Positions 22,825 to 33,654 of a stretch of DNA of 34,441 bases are shown one piece after another; positions within the stretch are counted from its first letter, which is position 1, and each line of letters starts with the position of its first letter. The notes under the pieces are model-generated. The model was not told the DNA's origin and searched no databases. It worked only from the letters and a program-made list of their open reading frames with translations. The position numbers and the translations under genes are program-made. This stretch comes from Folioceros fuciformis (taxonomy: Eukaryota), in NCBI GenBank assembly GCA_049999805.1, contig JBNGIO010006328.1:49185-83625 (forward strand), read 5' to 3'.

Positions 22825-25305
22825 ATGGAAGGCGATAGTGAGGCAATGGAAAGTGTTAGTGAGGCAGAGGCACGCAGTGCGCTGGTGCCCTTTGCCACCG
22901 ACGGCGTCTTTTCGCGACAGTTTGGCAGCTATGGAAGAAGTGGTAGAAGCGGAAAGTTGAGGCACTTCTCTTCACAAGGCCTGCGGCCGAGGCACGAATA
23001 CAGGTCGGAGAAGAGTAACTTGGAGGAGCACGAGTGGTTCACGAACCGCAACCAGTTGAAGCAGACATGGAAGCCAATGGCTGCGAGCAATTCGGCGTTT
23101 GTGGGGTTGGTGACCGTGGAGGACGCCACCCACGCAGCGCGTTCGCAGTCCAGGGCTGAAGAGAGCCAATCTCAGCGTGGCGGGAAAGAGAGTGCCTTGC
23201 TCTCCAGCAGGCAGGGTCCGCAAGACGATGTTGCTTGTGACACAGAATTGAAGGGGACGGTGGAGGAGTTTGATAAGAAGAAGGCGCGGGGACAGAGGAA
23301 GTGCACTGAGTCGCGGATCAAACAGAGTGAGGGTGCTTCTTGTGACAAGCCTCCGATTTTTGCAGAAGTTGCAGAGGAGAATTTGGGTAACCGCTCCAGT
23401 GGCACCACCCATCTGGCAAATAACAGGCCAGGTCAGTCTAATAATAATTCGGGATGCAGGATTGATTCTTGTGGCGTACATCCCACGGCAGCAACAACCG
23501 TCGAGGAAGTGGGCAGTACCCCCCATCCGCAACCCAGGCAGCGGCAGTGTAGCAGGAAATCCGTATTTGGGGACGAGGAGAGGCATCCACCGGCGGTAGC
23601 AATAACAGCAGAGGGGTTGGGTAATACTTCCCGTCCGGAAGCTAGGCAGGTAGCATTAGAGGAGGGGTTTGGTAATACCTCCCATCCGGAAGCTAGGCGG
23701 TCTCTTCATACAAAGAAAGAGACACCCTCATCCTCAACTCCATCTGGGGATAGAGATATCCCTGGTGACAGTCAACCCACAGCAAAAGCAGCAGAGGAGG
23801 AGTTGGATAAGACCACTATTCCGCAAGATGGGGCCCATCAGTCTGGCAACACTTCGGTGTCTGAGGATAGGTATGTTCCTCGTGACACAGCAACTACAGA
23901 GGAGGAGTTGGACAAGACCACCCACAGGCAATTCAGAATACATGATCCAACAGCAAACGAGGAGTCGGATACCGCCCATTTCAAAGCTAAGAATCAGCAT
24001 ATTACGAAAAAGGAGAAACCAGGTGATGGGGATGTGCCTCGTGACACTCACCCCAGGGCATCGGCAGAAGAGGACTTTGGGGACATCAGCCAACACCTGG
24101 CTAAGGGCCCTCGGCATAACAAGTGGGTAAGTGGGCGTGGGTATGTTCCTTTTGACACATACCCCAAGGCCACATCAGCAGCAGGATTGGGTAGCAGCTC
24201 CAAGTGGTCCAGAGGCTTGCCAATTCAGTCTGGAGCAAATGCCGCTAGTGTTGCATGTGGGAATATATCTACTGCCCTCGACAAAACACTGACTGCAGAA
24301 GCGGAGGAGTTTCATCCGCAAGCCAAGACTATAGTGGGACCGAATGCGCTTGCGGAGGGTTGTCAGCCCCTAGCAACAGATAGGACAAGGAATTGGCCCC
24401 TCCCTCGCAAGGTATGCGAAGCCAATACAGCAGTGGGACTGAAAGCAGTTGCAGAAGCTTCTGAGCCCCTGGCAACGGATAGGACAAGGAATCTGATCCC
24501 GCATCGCAAGCGCTACGAGGATCGCTTGAGGGAAGCAATGGAGACTCATCTCAGTTCTTCACTGCGTTTGCGCGACGTGATCGACAGCTGGGACATTTCA
24601 CAGATTCTGGTTGTACGTGATGGTGTGAGCACGTTGCAGAAAGAATGCGAATACCTGTCGAAGTTCCTCAACTACAGAGCTTTTAAAATTGCGAAGCTTC
24701 TACGGTCGAGAGGGTCCAGTTACGATGAAGGGTGTCGGCATCAAGAGATTCCCTTCTCCGGCACGGAGGATGCCAGTGAATGGATGAACAGAGAGAGGTG
24801 TCGTCTGGAGGAAGCACTGGCAGAGCTGGAGACCGCCGAGATTGCGGCAAGCGCCCGGCTGCAGGAGGTGGAAGCTGAGAGGGACAAGGCGCTGGCGGAA
24901 GCACGGGAAGCAAGCGCTCGAGCGAAGGAGGCGGAAGCTGAAAGGGACCAGGCTCTGGCCGAGGCTACGGCGGGTCGAAAGGCTTGGGAAACTGAGAAGG
25001 TGAAGATGCGGTTTGAGGCTAGGACTGCTCTGAACAACGCGCAGGCTGCCGCGCATAGAGAAAGAACTGCAGCTGCGAAAATGAGGTCCAGTCTGGAAGC
25101 CAAGCTAAAGAAGGAAGAGGACGCTCGACAGAGGAACGAGGATCTTTTTTGCAAGATCTGCTTCTCAACACCCAGGAATGTTGTTTTGCTGCCGTGTTTC
25201 CATGGTCACTGCTGCAGTGGCTGCATAACGAACCATAGGAGGGAAAATGCTACATGTCCCGTTTGCAGGACTTTAATCACGGGAACAGTCCCTTACACAG
25301 CATGA
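22825..25305 (+). CDS. Intronless 826-aa protein: long low-complexity repeat region, coiled coil and C-terminal C3HC4 RING (putative E3 ligase)
   Basis: CKIC-x11-CFHGHCCSGC-x10-CPVCR at the C-terminus (zf-C3HC4_3-like), preceded by an Ala/Glu-rich coiled coil, in a long uninterrupted ORF. Confidence 0.88.
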   Translation: MEGDSEAMESVSEAEARSALVPFATDGVFSRQFGSYGRSGRSGKLRHFSSQGLRPRHEYRSEKSNLEEHEWFTNRNQLKQTWKPMAASNSAFVGLVTVEDATHAARSQSRAEESQSQRGGKESALLSSRQGPQDDVACDTELKGTVEEFDKKKARGQRKCTESRIKQSEGASCDKPPIFAEVAEENLGNRSSGTTHLANNRPGQSNNNSGCRIDSCGVHPTAATTVEEVGSTPHPQPRQRQCSRKSVFGDEERHPPAVAITAEGLGNTSRPEARQVALEEGFGNTSHPEARRSLHTKKETPSSSTPSGDRDIPGDSQPTAKAAEEELDKTTIPQDGAHQSGNTSVSEDRYVPRDTATTEEELDKTTHRQFRIHDPTANEESDTAHFKAKNQHITKKEKPGDGDVPRDTHPRASAEEDFGDISQHLAKGPRHNKWVSGRGYVPFDTYPKATSAAGLGSSSKWSRGLPIQSGANAASVACGNISTALDKTLTAEAEEFHPQAKTIVGPNALAEGCQPLATDRTRNWPLPRKVCEANTAVGLKAVAEASEPLATDRTRNLIPHRKRYEDRLREAMETHLSSSLRLRDVIDSWDISQILVVRDGVSTLQKECEYLSKFLNYRAFKIAKLLRSRGSSYDEGCRHQEIPFSGTEDASEWMNRERCRLEEALAELETAEIAASARLQEVEAERDKALAEAREASARAKEAEAERDQALAEATAGRKAWETEKVKMRFEARTALNNAQAAAHRERTAAAKMRSSLEAKLKKEEDARQRNEDLFCKICFSTPRNVVLLPCFHGHCCSGCITNHRRENATCPVCRTLITGTVPYTA

Positions 25306-25453
25306 ACTGTGTACACTACTTTTTCACCTGCCCTGATTTAGATGCTCTCCGGCTTTGCCCGATTCCATGGTGCTTACTACTCTCAAACATACAGTCAATC
25401 GTAGATCCTGCGATTAGGATATGGGTAATTTTCATCGAAGAAACAGCACTTAG

Positions 25454-26801
25454 CTAACCAGGAACACCGGAAGCAAGCCACGTTGCTCCGTCTGAACTAT
25501 GCGGTGTGGTCTGCTTACCACGTACAGATACCCCGTTCACCACCTTTCCTGAGGGCTCTTTTTCTACGACTGGAGCTGATTCTGGTGTTTCGCCCTTCGA
25601 CTTTCGTGGAGGGACGGCATCCGTGTCCTTCGCCTTTGCGTTTCGATCGGCAGCTCTATCTGAGCTCTTCTTTCCGCCGGTGGCACCTCCTGTGACAGAT
25701 TTCACCTCGGCGGGAGGAGCTGGAATCAGCAGGGTGGGAAGAAGGTGAGTCAAGCGAGCGCAAGAGTACTGTCATCCAAACTGCTCTCATTTGTCAACAT
25801 TTTGCGTCTTCCAAAAAAGCAATACCCGAAGGCTTTTCAGCCTTGTTCTTCAGCGTCTTGCGCATATCATATGCATCCTCGCTGTCAGCATAATACTTGG
25901 CCTCGATGTCATTTATCCTGGAACCCGGACCAAAAACAACCGTCAGGAACATAAAAGTCCGCCAGAGGCGAAAACGAAGTAAGGTCCAGTGAAACCAACT
26001 TGTAACCGAGAGTCTGGGTGTAGAGGTGGAAGGCTGCTCGGTTGCTCTTCCGAACATGGAGGGAGACATACTCTGCACCGAACACCTCTTGCATCGCACG
26101 CTCTACAAGAGTGGCAAGTTAGGGGAAAACGTGTGCTGTCAATAATCAACGCTCAGCCATCGGAAATCGTACACATCCAGAACAGATCACCAGACATGAC
26201 CGGAGGTTAAGAGCATACGAGCTGCATTCATAAGCTTGGTGGCAAGGCCGAGCTTCCGATGAGTCCGTAGCACTGCCAGAGAAGTGATGTGGCCATGACA
26301 TTCTGCGCTCTCCTCCTCCCTGGCCCCGGAACGCAAATAAATTTTCATCAAATCCGTTTGTCAGCAGCTCAGTCGCAGCACCTTGAGAGAGGCATCAACA
26401 GCAAGCACCTCAAACTTACATCTTGGCAAGCACGTAGCCTACAATCTTCTTGTTGTAGTCTTCCGCAACATATAACAGTTGAGGCCACGACAGTATGTGA
26501 TAGAAGTAGTACTGCAGTGCACACCATGTCAAAACCCTGGCCGTGGACACTCCGGCAACAAAAACACGAACCGTGAACTCCAGCATAAATTCCAAAACCG
26601 ATCACCTTCATCTGATAGTTCTCTGGCAGGCACATGAGGTTGCAGCTCTGCATCGCCAGCAGATCATCCACCTGCTCATCAACGCAGCATCAGAAACACA
26701 CCCCAACCCACTCCGCACCGAAAACCTAGCTCCAGCACGGCATAGGCAACCTCCCGCAAATGGAAATCGAAGCCCACCGTTGCCTGCCTGATGCACACCA
26801 T
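25454..26801 (-). CDS. NAA10: N-terminal acetyltransferase A catalytic subunit; 7 exons, ~247 aa
   Basis: Exons 26801-26778, 26671-26606, 26511-26420, 26319-26219, 26102-26000, 25917-25826 and 25719-25454. Reads [62 protein letters not shown] and [10 protein letters not shown]. The last exon is less certain. Confidence 0.95.
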
Positions 26802-27915
26802 GGCTCTCCGCTGTAGCCCTCTACAGGCTCACACAGGTGTAGGCTTGTATGCTTTTCCGTGGGCTATCGCTAGCCCGTGCCTGCTGGAGACTCTCCTCCT
26901 CCTGTATCCGGGTCTAAGCATGCGTGCCTTCCAGAGCCTCTCCCGATGCTAACATACTGTATACCCCGGATGCTTGCTAGCCCAGGTATGTACTCAGCAG
27001 CAGATCAAAGTGGCCTCTTTAATACGAGGGAGATACACGTATGACAATCGCAGGCATATGAAGTACTTCATTACGTCCGAGGAGTGAAAGAATTTAGATA
27101 CATATAAAAATAAATGATTGGTTTTATTAAATAAAAAGATCAAATTACTATATTAGGTCTACTAAGTTCCTTGTTAGTGTCACGAACAAATTTGCTGGGA
27201 AACTCATAGCCTTGGAAGGATACTGGACCATTCATTAAGCTAATAGAAGGCATGGTCCAGAGGAGATGAGATTCATACAAGGAACTTTGAAAACAAAGAA
27301 ATGCAAACTACAAGTTAACTAAGAGATAGCATATCCTTGGATTAAGAAAAGAGGGTGGGCAGGAAGGAGAATGTTCTTTGAGGGTGTTGCTGGAATCCAA
27401 TTAGCTCAATCTATATCATCCAAATACCCTACAATAAATAAGCAGGCAGTGGTACATGATCTGCAAGCAGCCCACCATAAACCACCATGTTCGAGAAGAT
27501 ATCTCTTATTAAAAACTCTTGAAAATTAATGTCCAAGTTTCAAGGTAAAGATCAAGGAGGTGTAAGATAGTGAGCCATGGAGTTTGCTCCATTTATGGAT
27601 CAAATGCAATCGGGTTTCATAGGAGATGATGGGCTCATCCAAAGAAAGTTACGATGGTGGTGGGAGATGTGTGGAAAAGAACTCTATATCTTGTGCTGGC
27701 ACTCGGCAATGTAATAACTTGTACCGTGGTGTGCTTAAGCGACTTCACTACGCATGGATAGCTGAAGCAACCGCTGTGACACTTGAAAAGCACTATTCAT
27801 ATATATCCCCGTTGCTCAACTTGGTTCAGGAGGACTGTACTCTGGATTGCAAGGAGGAGATCTGCATGTGCGAGGGTTACAGGTTGGATTCAAGGGGCCC
27901 TGGCAGCAGCAGGGG

Positions 27916-29257
27916 ATGGCTTGCGGAAGTAGTGTTGTGAAGACAGCACCTGCGTTTTCTGCACTTCATTCGGTCACTGGGAGGGGGAACAAGGGGAATG
28001 GGTTCTGGCAGCACAGGAGCTGGTTGCTTGGACAGAAGTGGAGGGGAATGGTGTTGTCATCTGGCAGATCAAGTAGGGCCAGGATGCCTGCTGCCCCTGT
28101 CAATGTGACGGTTGGTTTCTCCAATACATCAGCGGAGGCTCTGCAGTCTGAATTCGGGTGCGAAGGGGTGCGATTCCTGGAGGTGGCAGGGCTGACCATC
28201 ATCGAGCTCAAAGTAGAGAATGGAAGCAGTGCTAGGATGGTGCTGCCTGGAGCACAAATCACGTCCTACAAGCCGGTGAGGTGGCACGGCGGGCGTGAGG
28301 AGTTGCTGCACACGGTGTTGGACAGGGGAGATGGCGAGGAAGAGGAGGCTGAGATACGAGGTGGAGTTGGATTGTTTTTCTCCGAGGAGGATGGGCCTGC
28401 TGGTTCTATCTTCTGTTTGTCTGGGGATCAGAGGAGCTGGAAGGTGGATGAAGTCACCCCACGTCCTGGAGATTATGTTCAGGTGGGACATGTGCTTGCT
28501 TGGCTGCTTGTCATGGGAGCAGAGTATTGACATGGTGTGTGTTTGGCAGGTCATACTGTCTTGCTGCCATAGTTGGCAGGCTTCAGAGCTCAAGGATGCA
28601 TCACTAGCCTTCCGGTATGTGGTGACCCTCTCGCAGTCGTCACTCACCTCCGCGTTGGTGGTGTCCAATGTGGGCCGTGTGCCAGTGAGCTTCACTGGGG
28701 CAATAGTGAATCACTTCGGGTTGAACTCTCTGCGGGGTGTCTTTGGCATGGGGTTGCAAGGGAGTCGTTATCAGTCATTCCCATTTCCGCCTCAGGACGA
28801 CGAGCTCCCCAGTTGGCCTCGACTCTGGGGCATCACGTCAGAGGAACGAGCGGTCTCGGACTCAGACTCGTGGGAAGAAGAGAAATCCCAAGACACTGTG
28901 TTGAGTATCGGGATGAACAGACTCTTCAGTCAAGTCTCCAAGCTTGCCCTCATCGACAGGGTACGTAGGAACCTCTATCTATTTCAGCTCTGCTTGCTTA
29001 CGCAAGTATGCTGTGACATGCGGTTGTGGTGTGCCTGTGTCCAGGGGAAAAGACGAACAGTCATCGTCCATGCCATGGGTTTCGAAGATTTCCAGTTGTC
29101 CAATCCTGGGGTTGAGGATTCCAGAGGGGAGTTCATGCAATTTGACAAGAATGAATTTGACCAATTCATATGCTGTGGGCCTGCTCAAGCCTACCAGCCA
29201 CTGGTTCTAAATGCAGGAGAGCAATGGAGAGCAGCTCAGAAGATCGAGTTCAGCTGA
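27916..29257 (+). CDS. NDF5: NDF5/PnsB2-family chloroplast protein (galactose mutarotase-like fold); 3 exons, ~396 aa
   Basis: Exons 27916-28482, 28550-28960 and 29045-29257. Transit-peptide-like N-terminus, then ELKVENGSSARMVLPGAQITSYKPVRWHGGREELLHT, IRGGVG and FICCGPA..LNAGEQWRAAQ. Confidence 0.8.
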
Positions 29258-29738
29258 AGAACCGGGTTTGATGAAGCGTGTGCCTTTTGAAGGCTTTTGA
29301 GGAGTGTGCCGGGCTTCTGGTTCCTCTCCAGCAAAACATGCCCTCGTGTCCGGTGAGTACAGGATGTCGGATGATAGTGCTGTTGACATAAGTTTGAGTA
29401 TCTCGGAGTAGTCACCGACGGGGGTCAGTACTCGTCTGGTATTGCAGGCTCCGGAGCGGCGAAGGCCCTAATTATATCCTGGCACATCATTTTTGCCCCT
29501 GAGATTCCAAGATCTCGTGTTGAGAGCTTCGGGGTTCTTTCAATGTTGGGAGTTCAAGGCTTGCTGGTACTTGTTGTCATCCCACCAAAGATTCGCATTG
29601 TAACCAAAATGGCAATTTCAGGATGCCTTTGAAATCAGGCACAACACCCTGGACGCTGCTATCTAGAGACTGCCCATCCACAAACAACTACCAGCACACA
29701 AGCGGGTAGGGGCATGTATGTACAGACAGCCTTTTCTC

Positions 29739-30326
29739 TCAGGCATTGTCGTCGTCTTCCTTTCCTGACAACATGGAATGAGCTTCAAACATCATGTAGT
29801 TAAAAAGGCCCCTGACGGCACTGCAGAAGCAAAATCATGGAAGTTAGGTCATGAGAACCATCTCAATGAACACCGAGCAACTAGTTGAGATCCACAATGG
29901 CAGAATTGAGACATGGTCGGTGAACTCACGCCTCCTTCTGCTCCTGGATCTTGACGGGATCGGTTTCACACATGTTTCTTCTGAATTGCCATTTCACGAG
30001 AGCAACAAGCTTGTCCCGATTTCCTTGCTGGAAGGCGATCGGGCATCAGCGTCCTCGTCAGACATGGGAGTGGAGCACAGGCAGCTTGTGCACATGACAG
30101 ACATACATAGACGATTATGGGGAGGAAGTCAGTACCTTGTTCCCGAAGTACTCTGCACGTCTGAGACATTCCCGATAGAGCTGCGCCCAAGGCCACAAAG
30201 GAGCGTCAGAAGTGAATCCAAAGAAGCCATTGGTAAAGCATAGCATGTGCATCGTCGCTCAAAATCCGAGCAGTCACAAACGTTTCGAGAGCTCTCAGCA
30301 ATGTACTGAGGTATTGCCGACTGCAT
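29739..30326 (-). CDS. Small LYR-motif (Complex1_LYR family) protein; 4 exons, 89 aa
   Basis: Exons 30326-30282, 30180-30136, 30027-29930 and 29820-29739 give MQSAIPQYIAESSRNLYRECLRRAEYFGNKQGNRDKLVALVKWQFRRNMCETDPVKIQEQKEAAVRGLFNYMMFEAHSMLSGKEDDDNA. It has LYRxCLR and the downstream F-R-x-N..ETDP. The first intron donor is the least certain part. Confidence 0.88.
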
Positions 30327-30473
30327 AGTGAAGACCCCTGCCTCTGAAAGATCGGAGAGCCGCTACCACCCTGATTCCGCCACAAATTTGATCCAGCTAG
30401 AGTCAGAGAGGAATCGGGCCGGGCAAATGAAAGGAGTTTGCCCTAATAATCTTGGCAATGTCACCGCAGGTAG

Positions 30474-31388
30474 ATGGAGAAACGAGCCAGGACAGCAGCT
30501 ACAAGTATGTAGTTCACGTTGTGATGCGTGGGATGCGACGGTCTGATCTTCTGCAACATGGTGATAAAAGAGGCGGGAATAAAGCTCTTACGGGATGGGG
30601 ATACGAGGTTTGTGAGTGGACATGTGTAATGCATCGCATTTGTTTTGGTGGTGTCGGACTTCAGTCTACAAAGCCTCTGTTGGAAAATAAGGAGGACAGC
30701 ACGATATGTGCAAGTCCTTGGCATAGCATGCATGTTATTCTATTTTTCCCTCACAGTGGACAGAACAGACATCAACATGCTAAGGGCTGACAGTTCACTG
30801 CTTCCAGTATCCGACAGGTTGGTGTCCCTGACGTCTCGGTTGGCTTCGCTCATGGCGTTCTCCTTCCAAGAGGTAAGCATGAGCCACTGATGACATAGTT
30901 GTAACGACAGTGAAGGCTTGCTGTTGCCTGCAGCTCGCATGTTTCTGGTTGTGTGCGAGCCAGGCTCTCCAGGCACCAGGTGAACAACGCCTGAGTGCTG
31001 AAGCAGCCGTTGGATACACACACTGGACATGGCCATCCGGTCCGATGGCGAGCAGGTGCTGGTTGCGATAGTACAGTGTGAGAGTTTGTTGGATGGGAGC
31101 ACCCGTTTATCCCTACCTCCTTGATGGGGCTGGAGGACTGATGTTGGCAGAAAGAGCCACAATGAAGCAGGGCATGCCGTAAAGGCAGTGGTCCCTTTCG
31201 TTGGTGAGGTTTATGTGCCAAATCTCGTACGTTGGACATGTCTCAAGTTGGTAAGGTGGAGGTAAAGGCCCCTCGGCCGCGGAAACAGCAGGAGCTGATC
31301 CGGTGACGATGGAAGTGGACGTTTGCCTCAGGAAAACAAACAATATGCGACATTCATGGGGAATATTTATGTGCCAAGTCGCACATGA
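30474..31388 (+). CDS. Tentative 5-exon orphan ORF (141 aa) of unknown function; may be non-coding or a pseudogene
   Basis: Exons 30474-30504, 30757-30872, 30934-31055, 31151-31250 and 31332-31388, all with GT-AG junctions, join into one stop-free frame. No family recognised. Confidence 0.3.
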
Positions 31389-32368
31389 GCTGTCGTGACC
31401 GCTTTACATGGTGAGAGCATAGCACAAGACCGGCGGGGACTCGGGAGCTTGATGCAGCAAGCATGTGGACAGTTGCAAGCAGCAGCAGGTGATCGGCAGT
31501 GCAGTTAGAGTCGGGAGATGCACACGAGATTTAATGCAGTGCGGCGGTGCTGAGTGGCCCAAGATGACGTCCCCAAGGTGAACGCTCAGCATTGTGCGTT
31601 AGGGTTGGACTGGGCTGGGCTAGCCTGGCCGATATCCTACGCTCCTGCAGCTGTGCTCATCGTGTTCAGAGTCTGCTTGTTTTCAGTTGCAACACTCGGA
31701 CCGAGCAGGCTGGGCCAAGTGTGTCAAGTGCGTCATGCCCCAAGATGCAAATGTTTGTGACGCCACATGAGCTCATCCTCTGCTCTCCTGGAATATTATT
31801 ATGTATGTACATAGCAAGTAGGCCAGGCCCACGGACATACATGTGGTGTAGGTATGTGCGCAGATCATTTTCCGCCCACTCTTTTGATTCAAAGCCTACC
31901 CACCTTGCCAGCAACAGCTACGGCAGTAGCAGGAGCAGCAGGCTGCTGCGGAATGGGAAAGCATGTACTTCCAAATATTGGTGCTGGTGTGATACTGCCT
32001 GCCTTGAAGGCCGGCCGTAATAAGGATGAGACGAGAAGTGGAAGTATGAGGAGTCGGAGGTCGGAGTCGGACGATGATGGGGCAGGGTTGGTGGTGTCGG
32101 CAAACCCCAAGTTACATAACGGTTGCACTTGCACTTGTGCGCTGCAATCTATGGATCCACAGCGTGCAATTATGCCTGTTGGTGACCCCCGGTACTGCTT
32201 ACGGCTTATTAATGAAGAAAGGGGCGGCAAAGTGCGATGCATGATGCTCTCCTCCTCTGAGGTCAGGTCAGGCCAGGGCTCAGAAGAGGCAAAGGCAGGT
32301 TATGGTCCCGTCCTTGCGAAGATGGCAGCTGGATCCATCGGTTTGACTCGGTGGGCGGTGTGCTGCCA

Positions 32369-32413
32369 GTGTGCAGTGTGTGCAGTGTGCAGTGTGTGCA
32401 GTGTGTGCAGTGT
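32369..32413. repeat. (GTGTGCA)-type microsatellite
   Basis: gtgtgcagtgtgtgcagtgtgcagtgtgtgcagtgtgtgcagtgt. Confidence 0.85.
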
Positions 32414-32793
32414 CCACTCCCAAGCCATGGTCACACTCGTGACGCGGCTGGCCCCGGCCCCCAGACACCCCAACCCCATCCATCTCGTCTTCCCCAAAAC
32501 CCGCCCAGATGCCCAAATCGGATCGCATTCATTGGATCCCCAACCCATCCGAGGCTGGCCCAGCCCTAATGGATGGTTGTGGCGTGCATCATCCCGCTTG
32601 ACGGACTCCGTTGCACTTGGCGGCTGGCCTCACGGAATGCATGTGAAAGCATGAGCTCCGGGCCGACCGAGGGTGGAGTGGGAGTCATGACCCGACCCGA
32701 CCCGGCCCGACTGCAGAATTCTGACCCGCCGTGACCTGACGCGCCAATGACCTCCCGTGAGCTGACGCCTATCAGGCCGTGCAGATGCGGCAG

Positions 32794-32858
32794 CAGGTCA
32801 GATCAGGTCAGGTCAGAGCAGGTCAGGTCAGAGCAGGTCAGATCAGGTCAGGTCAGGT
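32794..32858. repeat. Pentanucleotide array (CAGGT/CAGAT/CAGAG)x13
   Basis: Read directly from the sequence. Confidence 0.9.
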
Positions 32859-33654
32859 CTTGCTGCGGCAAGCAATGCCAAGCCAAGCGAAGCAAGGCGA
32901 AGCTTAGGGTTAGGGCTTGGAGTATCGGAGGAGCCCACGGGAGTGGCGATGGATTGCTGTGGCGATGGGTAGGGTAAGGACACGGGGGTTGGAGGAAGCG
33001 GGTGAGCACGGACTCGCATGGCTGGCTGGCTGGCGGGCTGGCTATGGCGTCTCCTCTTCCTCTCCCTCTCCTCCTCTCGAGTCTCTGTCTCTCCCTCACC
33101 CGTGTGCGTCCGACTCCGGGCTCAAGGCTGCTATGGAGGACGTACATATCAACACTCTGGCAAGAGCGGAAAAGACTGAAGGAAATGACAGGAGTGGCTG
33201 GAACTTGAAGAGATGGCTGGAACCTGTGCCTCTGGTGCCGCGGCCGCTGCCGCTGCCATGTGTGTGCAGTGGCTGCAGAGCAACAGAGGTACATGCATCC
33301 ATACTCGTATGTATCTGGCTGCTATGGCCCAGCGTCGAGGTGGTGGCCGTGAAGTTTCGTCGTCAGCGGCGAGGCCGCTCCAGCTCTCCGGCTCCGGCTC
33401 CGGCTCCAGTAGACCCGCTGTCGCTCTTGAGTGGTGACTGGCTGGCTGGCTGGCCGCGCGTTTCCCCACGCCACCAGTCAGGTCAGGGCTCGGGTCGAGC
33501 CGGGTCAGGGCAGGCAGAGCAGGGAAGGGAAGGGCTGCCGTCCATGCATCTTCACGGCCACCGACACGCCATTGCGCTTGCGCAAAACCGAGGGGTACAG
33601 TATTGGATTTTGTTGCAGCAGGGAGACGAGATGCAGGCTGATTTTTAGGGAAGC

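Noticed and set aside
29851..30243. 130-aa plus-strand ORF
   Set aside because: Antisense shadow of the LYR gene exons and introns.
11840..30326. Functional cluster of organelle-related genes (RF1, PPR, NDF5, LYR) or proteostasis genes (UCH3, RING, F-box, NAA10)
   Set aside because: These are large, common gene classes in different compartments with no shared pathway or motif. Chance adjacency in a compact genome is sufficient.
32903..32914. TTAGGGTTAGGG as an interstitial telomere
   Set aside because: Only two units; at most a telo-box-like motif.
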